The notes under the pieces were generated by a model, which did no database searches, was not told the DNA's origin, and saw only the letters and a list, made by a program, of their open reading frames with translations. The translations under genes were made by a program, and so were the position numbers. DNA of 64,000 bases. Origin: Octopus bimaculoides. Its lineage: Eukaryota. Positions within the stretch are counted from its first letter, which is position 1. Every line of letters begins with the position of its first letter. The stretch lies in the NCBI RefSeq assembly GCF_001194135.2, contig NC_068991.1:77896504-77960503 (forward strand), given 5' to 3'. Shown piece after piece: positions 26,701 through 40,300 of this stretch.

Positions 26701-28978
26701 TTGGGGCGTCAACAAAAATAGAACCAATTAAATATTACAGTCAGTTGAAATAACACTATTTGTCATCATCCTTGGTGATTAATCAATCCTTATTAATATT
26801 CTCATCTTAACCTCTCTTTTCCTTTTTTAACCATTATTTTTTTTAGATTTATGACAGTTTGATCTTTTACCATGGGACAGTAAAGAAAGACTTTGACTTA
26901 CGCTGGAAGAATTTACATTCAGTGAAAGAGGCTCTGTCAATGAAGGTATGTGTTATAGAATCTTCCATTCACATGGGCTAAGCTTTTCCGATCGGTGGGG
27001 GGGGGGGCTGCATGGTTTATAGGCATCACCTGCCTTTTTTTTTTTGTCTTCTGGTTTAGTCAGAAGAGGAAGGGCTGCATCCTTGATCCCTTTTTAGGGT
27101 GTCTAGGTCTAGTGGTGGGGAGGGAGAAAAAGTTATCCTTAGACAAGGGACTCGATCTTGATGCTTGTAACAAACTAGATTCTGCTAAAGGCATCCAAGG
27201 AGCAAGTCAGTGGGGTTAAATTGATGATGAATTAAGTTTGATACCTTAGTACTCAAGGACATGAATAGCTCCCGGTTAGGAATAGTTATTTAGTCTTTGT
27301 CAACTAATTTGCACTTAGAAGGCTACAGTTGAAGACCTTTGCTCATGGTGCCATCATGCAACAAATCTCCTAATTTTGGCTGAATTATTTTAATATTAAA
27401 CATTTAAAAAAGGAAAGGATTGACCATTTGTGAAGATTTAGAGAATTTAGAAACAAACACTGCTTTACTAATTAGACATGATATGTATTTGTCACACTCA
27501 TTTCATAATTAATTACTTGACTTTAATTATAGACATTCATCATTGATGAATTGGCAGGTTTGTTGGAACTTGTAGATCTTCTAATTTAAGGATACATTCC
27601 AAGAATTAGTGACAAGCATGGCTGTGTCGTTAAAATGCTCTGCTGTATTTATTCAGCTTCTCTGTACTCTGAGTCTAAATTCTGTTGAGGCCAGCTTTGC
27701 TTTTCATCCTTTTGGGGTCAATAATAATAAAAAAGGTACCAGTCGAAGGCAGTAGATTGGCAGAAATATAAGAGCTTTGGATGGATGCCTTGTGGTATCT
27801 GTGCCAGCTCTTTGTATTCCAAGTTCAAATTCCTTCATAGCCTGCATGGTTGGCAAACATTCTGTCACCCAGTTTAACACCTTCACTTGGCACCTGCATC
27901 TCTTTGATGGATGCCACACAATTGCAAATAATAAGGCCAAGCCTCTGGTTTGAGGATACCTTCCTCTTATAAGGGTCAGAATCCCTGTAATGGGTCAGAC
28001 CACTGCCTTCCATCCTCCACCTCACATCATCACCATTTAACATCCATCTTCCGTACCTGTATGGGTTTGACAGGATCCATTGATGAGATGGAGGACTGTG
28101 TTAAGCTCCAATGTCTGATTCGACATAGTTTCTACAGCTGAACACCTTTCCTAACACCAACCACTTTGCAGAGTGTCATGGATGCTTTTTATTTTACCTG
28201 ACACCAGGTCTAGTGTGGTTTCCAAGACTCTGACTGAGTGGGGCTGTAGTAGAAAGGGCAGCGGCTTTATGCTGTTGAGAGGCTAAAGTATGACAGATGG
28301 ACAGGCATAAGGGTGTTGTTATAGAGGAGAGATACATGGCTGTTGGCCCTCTGATTGTCATTTAGCTCAGAACAAAATGATTTGGGTTTTTTGAAGTTTC
28401 TTCATATCTTGTGTTCTTGTTTTCACTTTGGCAGCTGGTATAAAGCTTGCCCTTCATGGAATGGCAAGCTTTATCTTTCAGAAAATGAACACACGATAAA
28501 AACATTGTGACTGAAAAATATTATCTAAGGTAAAAAAAAAAAAAGAAAAATTTTAAAAAGGCAATTAATTTCCAGCCTCTCTACATTACCTCAATTTGTT
28601 GCCAAAAACCTTGCTTTTTACTTCATGGAGGTTTTTTTTTTGTCCTCTACATCCTTGTACAGCCGAGATAACCTCCATTGTTTTTATACCAGTTTCTGTA
28701 TTAATATGTTGGTCTTCTGTTTCTCATATTTAATTAATCATTCCATTCGTTAACCTCTTAACAAATTAGCATATTTATTGAGAAAAGGGCTTTGAAATAA
28801 TTTAGTTCATTGATATCTGCTGTTTTTCCTCTCTCACATACCCGCTTTCATTCTCAGCACCCTCTCATATCCACCATCACACCCAACTCCCTAGAGCTAC
28901 ATTTAAGTACCCTTACATCTCCCTCCTCACAACTCCTACACCTTACACATCACCTCCCTACCTTCTTCCTCAACCACT

Positions 28979-29010
<32 letters not shown>

Positions 29011-30289
29011 CTTACTGATATTTCCCATCAACCGTGCCTCCACCCTTATCTCTTACTTCCACCCTTATCTCTTACTCACCCCCCTCGCTCTCCTCCCCTC
29101 CCCTCTTATGCTCACCTTCTTCTCATGACCTCACACAATGTCAGGTCAAGGGTACACACATACTCACACACACACACACACACACATATAGGCTAGGCTT
29201 CTTTGCTCACAAAAGCCATGTAAGTGGCTTTGGTGAGCCTGGAGTTGAAGAAAACACACAACCTTCTTAACTACACAGTCACACCTGATCCTACACTTAA
29301 TATTTACAACCAAATCACAAACTCACTATGTCAGATCATCATCATCATCTTAACATGTACTTTACCATGCTTGCGTGAATCAGATGAGAGTACGTTTGGG
29401 CAGAGAGTTTTCTGTGGCCAGATGACCTTCCTGATGCCAACCACCCTTCTTGCATCTAAGTGCCTGCTCCCCCTCTTTCTTTTTTTTATTAACTTAATTT
29501 GTTTTTAATAGTAATAAATATTTTTACAACTAACTTTCCCTTCTTCTATCCTCCTCCTCCTCATCATCATCATCCTCTAATGGCTTCCTTGTTTGTTCAT
29601 TTTTAGTTTCCTGGTTCTTCCAATGCTTTACTGATTTGTCAGCCACCTCAGTTTCATTAGTACACTTTTTTTTTATTTCATTTAATTTGTATACACAAAC
29701 ACACACACATTCCTGTGTGTGTGTTTATATTTGTGCTTCTCTGAGAATCACTGACCTACAAACAGTGACTTTGTTATCGTTTCCCCAGCCAACAAATTAT
29801 CCATTTTGTTTTTGCTTTCAAAGACATATGGAATAAGAAATCCAGGTAAGGGTTAGTGACAGGAAGGGCATCCGGCTGTAAAACAATGCCTCAATAATAT
29901 ATTCATCTAACATAGCAAAGTCAAGCATAAAATAAACAAGATACACACACACACACACACACTTATTAGTGATAGAAGTAGTATTTGTGCGAAAAGGCGA
30001 TCTTTAGATTCCAATGTAAGGTGGATGTCGTTGGAGAAAGCATATAGTATTTTGCGAGTGGAGTGAGTTTCCATCACTAGCTGGTGATTAACACAAGCTG
30101 AGAACAGGTAACCTCCCAGAAACTTGAGTCTGTGTGTATCACATAAGACTAGAGATGTGAACAATGACCTCCCCTCACAAATACTAATCAGACACAGAAT
30201 GTGTGTCATTAACCAACTGGAAGAAACGTCTTCCTGGGGCTATAAACGTCAGTAGCACTGTCCTGTATAGGACATCACACTAGGTTGGC

Positions 30290-30325
<36 letters not shown>

Positions 30326-30577
30326 ATGTATAATTTTTGCTAATTAATCTTAATTAGCGAAGAGTTTTGTGCATTGATGTATGCATTGCATAAAACTCTC
30401 AGCCCTTGAGTCAATTATGTAGTTTTCAGTTAAATGTATGAATATGTTTTATGTATTGAGTTCTCTTTCTGGTGTTTGCATCATCAAACTTCTGTGTATG
30501 TGCATGTATATATATATATGTGTGTGTGTGTGTATATATTTATATGTATATACATCTATATGTCAATATATATATGT

Positions 30578-30626
<49 letters not shown>

Positions 30627-31276
30627 GCTTAATAAAGTTGTGGTGTTATATGATTTGTTATGTTACTTTCTCTTCTAGCTGGGAGGCTATAAATCTCATG
30701 TCCGGGCCCTGTTGATTGATCGAGTTCTCTTACAACATGAGGTTGGTACTTTAATATTTATTAATTTCTGAGTCATGTCTGTGAAATTCTATATTGGATG
30801 TACATAGTCCCATTTGGTCACCGCACTCCACAATTGATTTGAGCATGCCGCTAACCCTTTGCAAACAACAAAAGTGGGTTATGTGTGCTTCTGGGTCAGG
30901 ATCCCCAACCTGCACTCGAACCCTCTAACACAATACATACACTAATGTGTGCATGGTGCACACATGCATACACAGTGCACAGTGTGCATACTAACACAAT
31001 GCACACTGAAAGTGCATTCATTTCTTCAGAACCACACAAGCACAGTTTGCATTCTAACACAGCATACACACACACGGTACACAAATACAGAATTATACAC
31101 CCACTTAACACTCACTCACAAGTCCACATACAGAAAATGAAGTGGTGTGTATATATTTTGCATTCTCGTAGAATAAATTTGGTCAGCAGAAGACTCTGAC
31201 ATCTCTTTTCTCTCTCTCTCTGTTCTCTCTCTGTCTGTTCGCTCTCTCTCTCTCTCTCTGTTCTCTCTCTGTCTGT

Positions 31277-31314
<38 letters not shown>

Positions 31315-34300
31315 CTCTTTCTCTTTCTCTCTGTTCTCTTTCTCTCTCTCTCTGTTCTCTTTCTCTCTCTCTCTGTTCTCTTTCTCTCTCTCTCTCTCTC
31401 TCTGTTCTCTCTCTCCCTCTCTGTTCTCTCTCTCTCTCTCTCTGTCTGTTCCTCTCTCTCTTTCTCTGTTCTCTCTCTCGTTCTCTGTTCTCTCTCTCGT
31501 TCTCTGTTCTCTCTCTCGTTCTCTGTTCTCTCTCTCTCTCTGTGTTCTCTCTCTCTCTCTTTTTCTCCACACACATATTCCAACAGAAAAGAGATATTTA
31601 TTTGTTTTCCTGAATCAAACTTCATTATGGTTAAAACGAAGACACCTGTGAATCCAACACACATTATTGCTCAGAACATGGGCTCCGGTGGATCCAAAGA
31701 CTCACGCTGGTAACATCAGGGTAGTCGTAATGTTTGTGCTAGTTGATAACATGACATTGTCTCCTTTCATTGCAGTTGGTAATGTTTGTGGTTGGTAATT
31801 ATTATAAAAGAAGTAATAATTGCACAAAGCCATCTAAAAATATTGACTGGCAAACCAAATCCAAATTCCTCCTCCGAAGACCATGAATTTTCTATGGGTC
31901 CAGTGTAGTTAATAACTTTATTCATAATTATAATATTTGGAAATAGTTGCTACATTCTTGTGGTCTTTATGCTTGAAGAGATTCAAAACAGAATATATTT
32001 GCAAATTGTTTTACTCTTCTTAGATATATTCTTCTCTCATAATTCAATTCACATCCAAAATGCTTTATTGGAATATTAAATTGACCCCAGAACTTGACTA
32101 ACACTTCATTTTGTTGAACTCTAAAAGGATAACAGGCAAAGTTGATCTCAACAGGAATTTGAAGTCAGATCATAATGAACTGTAATAAGATAGCACAGGC
32201 ATTTGGTCAGATGTTCTGACCAATCCATTACCTGTTATTTCTTTTGTTAGCCAAAATCGTAATCCTCTCGCAGATCTTGAAGAAATGTAAAATCAAAGTT
32301 CGAATTTGGCTTCTGCTTGTGTTAACTGTTTAAAAGTTAACATGTTGCCCCTGTACAGGAAAACTCTGTTTTAATTAGTTTGACAGGGAATCTTCACCAC
32401 TTGTTGAATGAAGACAATGAAGAATAAAGTGTTTTCTTTGAACCAAACAGAAATACCTGTTGTGGTCATGATCTGCAAATCTAGTTCCATATCCATTTAG
32501 ACATTTCTCCACCTCATTAACAATTTATCTACCTGGTAACTCCTTACTTGTGTAGGAAACATTATTGCCAAGTTATCTACTGAGATAACGTTGCTTTCTT
32601 TGTAAGTAAAATTATGCAAAACAACCTGAGACATTTTCTTCAAGTTTCCTTTAAAACACACAATAAAAGAAAAAAAAAAATTGACAGTGAAACAAAAGCG
32701 AAAAAGTAGAAAGATATATCTAAGCACTTTACTTGAGAGAGAGATGGAGAGATTGGCAAGCATTCTGTAGCGTAATGGATAATGTACTCTGGTCAACAAA
32801 ACACAGATATATGGGTTCAAGTCACATTAGCAGACCTGTTTCTCTTCTTTTCTCTTAAATGATAATGTTTAATATCATTTTACAAGTAAGTCTTTGCTGT
32901 TTTCCAGCTGCGTATGTTGTTGAGTGTGAAGAAGAAATTCACCATCACACACAAATCTTTATTGGAAGATCTTCTTGCTCTCTCCACAAGCAGATACAGT
33001 GAGGTTAGTATTTTACAATTCTCTGCTTTATTACTTTGTCTTTTGGTTGATCTGTCAGGTTTAATAATGAAGCTTATGGGTCAATGCTTAAGCATTGTTT
33101 AACCCCAGGCCAGTCCTGATTGAGAAGACCTATTACACTATGTAACATGACTTTTGTCCCTGGGTAGCAATTGTTATTTCTTATTTGTTGACCCCTAGAA
33201 AGTATGAAAAAGGGCGAATATTTCCTTCAAACTTTGCTTTTGTTAGATTTATTCAAACCCCAAAGTATCCCTCTCAACACATAGCTATGATACTGCCCCC
33301 ACTACTCCTGCTCATGATCAAAGATAAACATATTTGATGTACATAGTCCTATTTGGTCACCACACTCCACAATTGATTTGAGCATGCCGCTAACCCTTTG
33401 CAAACAACAAAAGTGGGTTATGTCGAACTGTCCAACCCATACCAGCATGGAAAACGGACATTAAATGACGATGATGATGATGATGATGATCTATCAAATC
33501 CACTGACAACGTTTTGGTTGGCCTGAGGCTAGAGTAGAAAATGCTCAGCCAAGGTGCTTCACGGTGGGACTGAACTTGTAATCATGTGGTCAGGAAACAA
33601 GCGCCTTAACCGTACAACCATGTCTGCACTGGATACCTTGGATAATGTAGTCTGGAGTGCACCACCCTGGGGAAAAAGTAAAACTGCTGGACGGACGGTC
33701 AATGCTGCCTGATTTAAAGATAATAAACCTAACTAGAAATGCCTACTAATAGAGTTCTTCTTTATAAGTGAGCCTTAATCAGGATTGAGGTTAGGCTGAA
33801 CAGCAATAATAGCAACAAGTGTAGAGAGCCCTCAACAAAAGCTTACATGGGCTTAATTGAACACATATTTTGATTACTGTTTATTTGTGTTAATAATTGT
33901 CATCTCCAATTTCTCTGTCAATGCCAAGGTACGAAAAAAGGGCCAGTCCTTGTTATTCCACATGTTCCTGAACTTCCACTACAGTTACGACTTACTGCTG
34001 CCAGCAATTGTGAATAATCTCACCGATGCCAATGCCCCTGAACACAAGCTAAAGGTCAGTCTATGCATACTGTCTTGCTCTCAAATACTAATACTATCAA
34101 GGGTTTCTGCTCTTCATCACTTCAACCCATATAATCACAGATTTAATCATTCATCCATTTCAACAGTGCCACATTGCAGATTCGGTGCTTTTAGCAATGT
34201 CCATTCCTTTGCAAGCATTCAGGACAAGTCTCCAGTTCTCTGCTTAATTTCTTTTCCCATCTATCAGTTACAGTCCTACTTTACTACTTGGCCATTAAAA

Positions 34301-37300
34301 TTTCTTTATAAATTACCATTACTGATATTTATAAAGAAAAAAAAACCCCTTCAGTTATGATTAACCATGGGATTGCACCTAGAAAGTTACCCTCCGAGGC
34401 AATGTTGTTTGTGTCTCTTACAAACATCACTCTCTTCTCCCGTATCCCTTTTTTCTCTCTATTTCCCTTTTGCTTCATGCATTCTCTCTCGTCTTTCCTA
34501 CTTCTTTCTCTGTTCTCCTCCCTTCTTACATTTTGTCTCTCATGCAATACTCCTTTTTGTGCCCCCTCTTCACCTCTCAGCTCCTCCTTCCTCTTCTCTT
34601 TCTCTGTCTTTCTCTTCCTCTCTGTCCTCTTTTTTTCTCTCTTTATCCCCCTTCTCTTCTCTCTTCTCTCATCCACTTTATATTTCATCTTATTGTTTCA
34701 CGCATTTAACTCAGTCAGCCTAAACCTGTGATTGTCTACCATCTTTCTTTATATGTTTATCGTTTTGCCTTTACCCTAACTCTCGTTGTATTTCTTTCGC
34801 AACCTCGACAGAGCTCCCTTCACATCATCCAGGGTAATGTCTCGAAAGCATTGGTGGTGAAACGGGAGTGGAATGTTCTCAATGCACTTTGGCCAGCTGT
34901 AGCAAAAGCACAACACTCTTCTGAGTTGTCAGTCCTTCGACTAATTGACGATGTCAATTCACGAGTTTCAAAGAGTTTTGAGACACCTGCAATTAAAATA
35001 GAGGTGAGTACATATACTATGCAATGAATCCTTCTGCCAATTTCAACCTGAAGCAGTCTCACTGCATTTTGTCTCTTTTTGTTTTGGTTCTGATGTCTTT
35101 TGAAAATTTAATCCAGCTTACAGACAAGTCCACAGACAGGACATAAGAAAGGATTGCTAGACAAAAGGGCTGGCCTGTTAAAGACTTTCTTTGCTCTCAA
35201 TTCTTTAAGATGATCTAAATGGCTTAATTGAAAGTTCTTTAAGGCTTTGTAACAAATTAACTTCCATTCATTGCAATTCAGAGCTATGTGTTTCAAATGT
35301 TTCTTGGGAAATCCTTGTCACTGCCAGGTTAACTTTGAGCTTATCCTTTCACCTTAGCCATAATCTTCCTCTGTTTCTCCTTCCATCATGGAATTGGTTA
35401 TACATAAGGACATGCCCAGTTCGTCTTAATTCGTATTAAAAAGATTCAATACCACCATTTGTACATTCAGAGAATGGGTCAATATTCAGAATTCTGTCAT
35501 CCAGTATGTAATATACATCCTTTCTTTTCAAGCTGGTGTGATTTCAGAGAGAATCGTTTGCTTTTTCTAGCTAGTCAAGTGACCATGTAGAGGCTCCCTT
35601 TTTCCTTTCACAGCAAGTTGTCTTTACTCTCCTCAAATCTGGTATTTTTTGTATTTATCACAGATTTCTTATATTTTTACTTTGCACGTCATTCATTTGT
35701 ATATTTTCCTTCTTCTCTTCTCTTCAGACTTCTGATAATTGCATCAAGGCAGCTCAAGAGTTACTCCGAGTTTCAGAGAATTCAAAAGCATTGGTTGATC
35801 CAGCGACACCCGAGGAATTGGAAACAGCTGTGTTAAAAGAAGCTGCTAGAAATAAACAATACACAGAGTAAGGGAATATTATCCTGATGTCTGCATTTGT
35901 TCTGATGGCATGGGTTCATGTTTGGGGCAGAGTTTTTATGGCTGGATGCTCTTCCCCTGTTGCCATATCTTGTTTTACATGTAGAAGATTTATTTTTCTT
36001 CAGCTAATTTGAAAGCAGAGCCACTGACTGGACATGGTTCACTGAGAATGGTAAACTTAAGACCATTCATTTGCTCAGATGATTCCTTGGAAGAAATAGA
36101 AATGGCAACCTTCACAGACATGCACATGCAAACACATTCACAGACACATATGCACAGACAAACATGTCCCAGTATGTGGCACCTTCGTCAAGTGTTTTCT
36201 ATTTAGTCTTGGGCCAAAGAAAGGTTTGAGAGTGACCTTCATACCTGGAAGCTAAAAACTAAAAGATGCCTGTCGTGTGGGTGTCTTTGTTGTGGCATCA
36301 CACAATAATTAAAAACAAACGTGTTACTTTGACTTGCACGAAATATAGAATATGGCTGATCTGAGACAATGACTGATATAAACTGGAAAGAGAATGGACA
36401 TTTGACATACCATCATCATCATTTAATATCCATATGCCATGGTGGCATGGGTCGAATGGTTTGACAGGATCTGACAAGCCAGACGGCTACCTTGGTTTCC
36501 TATGTCTGCTTTGGTAAGGCTTCTATGGCTTGATGCCCTAACCCTAACACCAACCACTTCAGAGTATGTGGGTGCATTTTTTGTTGTGGTACCCCAGCAC
36601 TGGTAGGATCACCTGGTAACTTACAAGATTAGACCCCTTGACAGAGTTTGGGTACAGAATTGAGGAAGATGGCATTGTGCCAGGAGTTGAGAGGTTAAAG
36701 CGGGAAAGAGGGACAAGAACAGATATCTTGTGGTAGAAGAGGTGTGTGACTCTCCCATCAAGAAAGGGAGAAAAGATGGTAAAGAGATGAGGTGTCAGTA
36801 CACCCTCAAGGTACAGAAAGGTGGATAAGGAGTGACCAGGGACAGAGAATCTCAGATGGCTGGGTAGCCAGGTGGGTCCACAAGAGGAGGAAAGCTTTGA
36901 TTCTTTGTCCCTATTAAGGATGGTTAAACTAAATGAGTGCTATGTGCTAATAGTTAGGTGTTGGCGAAGACCTGGGAAGAAGGAATTAGATTGGTTAGAT
37001 CCCTCAGCGTTGAGTGTCAGAGATGAGATGGCAAAGGGTCAAAACAAATAGTCACTTGTTAGAGTCTACACCTGCCAACTCAGGTGAGCATGGGAAAATG
37101 TTAAAATAGTGATGATGATGGTGGTGGTGGTTGAGAGGATGATGATTGTGATGATGGTTGTGGGTAGTGTGTGTGTGTGTGTGTGTGCATGCATGTTTGA
37201 ACATTCTGTTTATAGATGATACTTTGGTGCTTTTAAAGGTTTACAGATGTCTGTTTTTCTCTATTTCAGAATGTATATATCACTAATTGAGAAGCTTGTC

Positions 37301-40300
37301 TCTTTAGTTGAGAGTGGTGAGCTGTAAGTTGCAAGAGAATTTTATTTATTTATTACCTGTTATTTTTTTTTTATTGGTAATATATTTTCAGTGATGTTCT
37401 TAATATTGACTTAATAATGTAATTTTCCTTCTCTTCCTCTTCCTTAGTTATTAGAATGTGATAAAAAGCAGAGCAAAATATTACTAAAACTTCAATATTA
37501 TTTTACTTAACCCTCTAGGTAGATTAATATTGGAACTTTGAGGTACTGAGTCAATTTACTTGAAATTCTGTCTTTTACTGGTTTTAAATTGTAAAGCTTC
37601 TTTGCGACTGCCACCATAATGACCAAAGTCTATCCTTGTTGTGATAGATTTGGTTGAAAGAGTTTTAGTACAACTATTAATTTGACAAAATAACCTAAAG
37701 TTCTATAGATAGCTTACTGTTATCTTATTTTTTAACATTCTTCTCCCTCTAGCTTTAGAATTATTCCAACTTTTCTGTTTTACTTTTCTTATTAATGTAA
37801 CCTGCTTTCATTTCTCATTCCTTACCATTTTGCTCTCAACTCTCTTTTGATTATCATCCCTTATGCACTTTCCATGAATCTGATCTTTTCATAATTGGAA
37901 GCTGAAGCGTGTTTTGAGTTTGCTTGTTTTTTCTAAATTATTTCTTAATTGATTCGGAGAGGTGGGCGATGTTTTCTGTCAATATAGTTTCCATACTTTC
38001 TAAGGGAAAAAAAAAGCCTCAAAAAAACAAACACACTCCAGGAAGAAATTAATGTGCAAGCTATAACTGTAGTCTTCCATCACATAGCAATTCTAATAAC
38101 AATTAACATTGCTTCCTAACGTTAGCATGAACCCAGGACTTTGTGGGTGAGCACAGATGGTCAGATTAATGCAAGTGTTTCACTTATTTCATCAGTTCAG
38201 TCTCAAAACAATGAAAGGCAAAGTTGACTCTGGTGGGATTCAAATTCCTAATGTAAGAACACCCAACGAAACAGTTTACGGCTTTTCATCTGCCCTGCTC
38301 CACCACTTCTCCTAACTCTAGATCTTCGTGATCCTTTAACATTCAGAATACCCTGTCAAATGTAATGCTTGTATCGTCACATTGTTTTTGAATTAATCCT
38401 GTATTATCTCATAGCTTTGAGATTTCAATGATGCGATTCTTTATTTCTAGAATGACATTGTAGAGTAGTTGTAAGAGGTCAGATTTGGCCAGTTTGAACA
38501 CATAACATAGAATATTTGGGCTGATTATGGCTAGTTTAAATGTTAAAGGGTCGATCTTAATAATAATGCTTTTTTTTTTTTTTATATCTTTACCTGCACA
38601 ATCTCTCTTTTTATTGCCAGAGCTTGGAAGTTCCACCAGTTTACTATTGATCTGTTAAATCTTCTGTTGCGACTTGATCATCAACCCCCTCTTAGTGCTG
38701 TGAATCTCTTTCTTAAAAATGCAGTTGATGATTCAATTACTGTTAGAGAGGTGCGACGATATTTTCTGACTTTTTCTCTATTCTGTATCACTAAAGAATC
38801 TTTCTTTTCAGTCATGTTTTCTCTATGATTACAAAATATAAACGATATATATATATATATATATATATATCATCATCATCATCATCATCATCATCACCAT
38901 CATTTAACGGTTTGGCGGGAGCTGGCCAGGTACTGTGTTAGTCTCGGCAAGATTTTTACGGTTGAATGCCCTTCCTAACACCACCACCCCAGAGTAGACT
39001 GAGTGCTTTTTATGTGGCACTTTTTATGTGTGTCTATATTATATAAATATATAAAGAAGGATTTGTCTTCTGCTGTAGAATCCTTGTTTGTTTCTTTTAG
39101 TTTCACCATGGTGGCATATACAGGAATGGTCTTGAGTGTGGCTTATTGCCATTCTGTGTATTTCCTTTGCTGTCTTATTTCTAAACGTCAACATCCAAGT
39201 GAATAGCAACCCTAATTTTCCCTGTATAAAATATAGATCTGGATTATAATCCTATTGAACAAGGACACAAACTTGTTCTATCTGCTTGCAAGCAAATTTA
39301 CTCTGTATGGCTCAGTGCACATAAGGGAGAAGCATGATTAGAAAGCTAACAATACAGAACAATTTTTTATATCTGTTTAACATAGGGTCATCTTATTGAT
39401 TGGCTAAAAATGCTGCAAAATAATTCTCTCCAACCAGAAGGCATATTTTCTCAGTCAAATAAGCTTTCAGTAAATAAAAGACACACAGAAGTCATCCAAA
39501 ATTGTAATAAGCAAACAATGTTATTTTTTCTTTATCACTGATTTTTATTGGGAAAAAAGTTTAAAAAATTAAATTTTTTTTCTTTCTGGCAAGAATTTAA
39601 AAGTAGTTGCTCATGCAAAAAACCATGCATTAGTATTTTCTTTAACTTTAGATGTTGATATTTTGGCTTTTATGTGCCTTAATGTAGTGATGCATTTTGG
39701 TGCATACACAGACACATTTTGTATGTCTTTATGCAGTGCTGCATTTTGCTTTGGCTTTGAGTGGGTCCATTGTTTTGTGAGAAATGCATATTGCTGTATT
39801 TATTCTTGTATAATATGCACACACCTATTTTCAAGCCAGGAAAGAATAACAACACTTGCCATGTAATACCTTTTTGTAGTATTGTAATGGATAAATGGGA
39901 GTTTAGACACATTTATTATTCCTACTGTATAAACTACACTGGGTAAAGATCATGCATGCTAAGAGAACAGATCTGAAAGTAGACAAAGGTGCAAGTGGTG
40001 AATGTTTTTAGGGGCTTTGTCACTTGGAACTCTTTTCAAAAATATCAAAATTTGAAAGTTATCTTTTGAATTTTAGCAGTGTAAGTTGTAAAATCTTCAT
40101 CTTCTATCAAGGGAATATTGTGGACATTCAGCAGTTTATGTTATGGAAAACTATAATTTTCTGACTGACTTGGTCTTAAACAACAGCAAGAACCACAATG
40201 AAACCAGTAAGCGAATACAAAATTGAATGAATGTACATCAAAGATTATTGACAAACAGCTTCAATAATTGCGTATGTTTATGTTGTGAAGACATTAAAAG

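Noticed and set aside
31112-31664. Long Glu/Arg-rich ORFs on the minus strand
   Set aside because: Translation of a (CT)n microsatellite. No splice or homology support.
5366-33929. AAG (non-YAG) acceptors at exons w3 and w22
   Set aside because: Uncommon but well known, and still canonical AG. Frame and homology are fine, so not a finding.
33857-34731. Several long overlapping ORFs
   Set aside because: The only real coding part is exon w22. The rest is read-through into pyrimidine-rich intron sequence.
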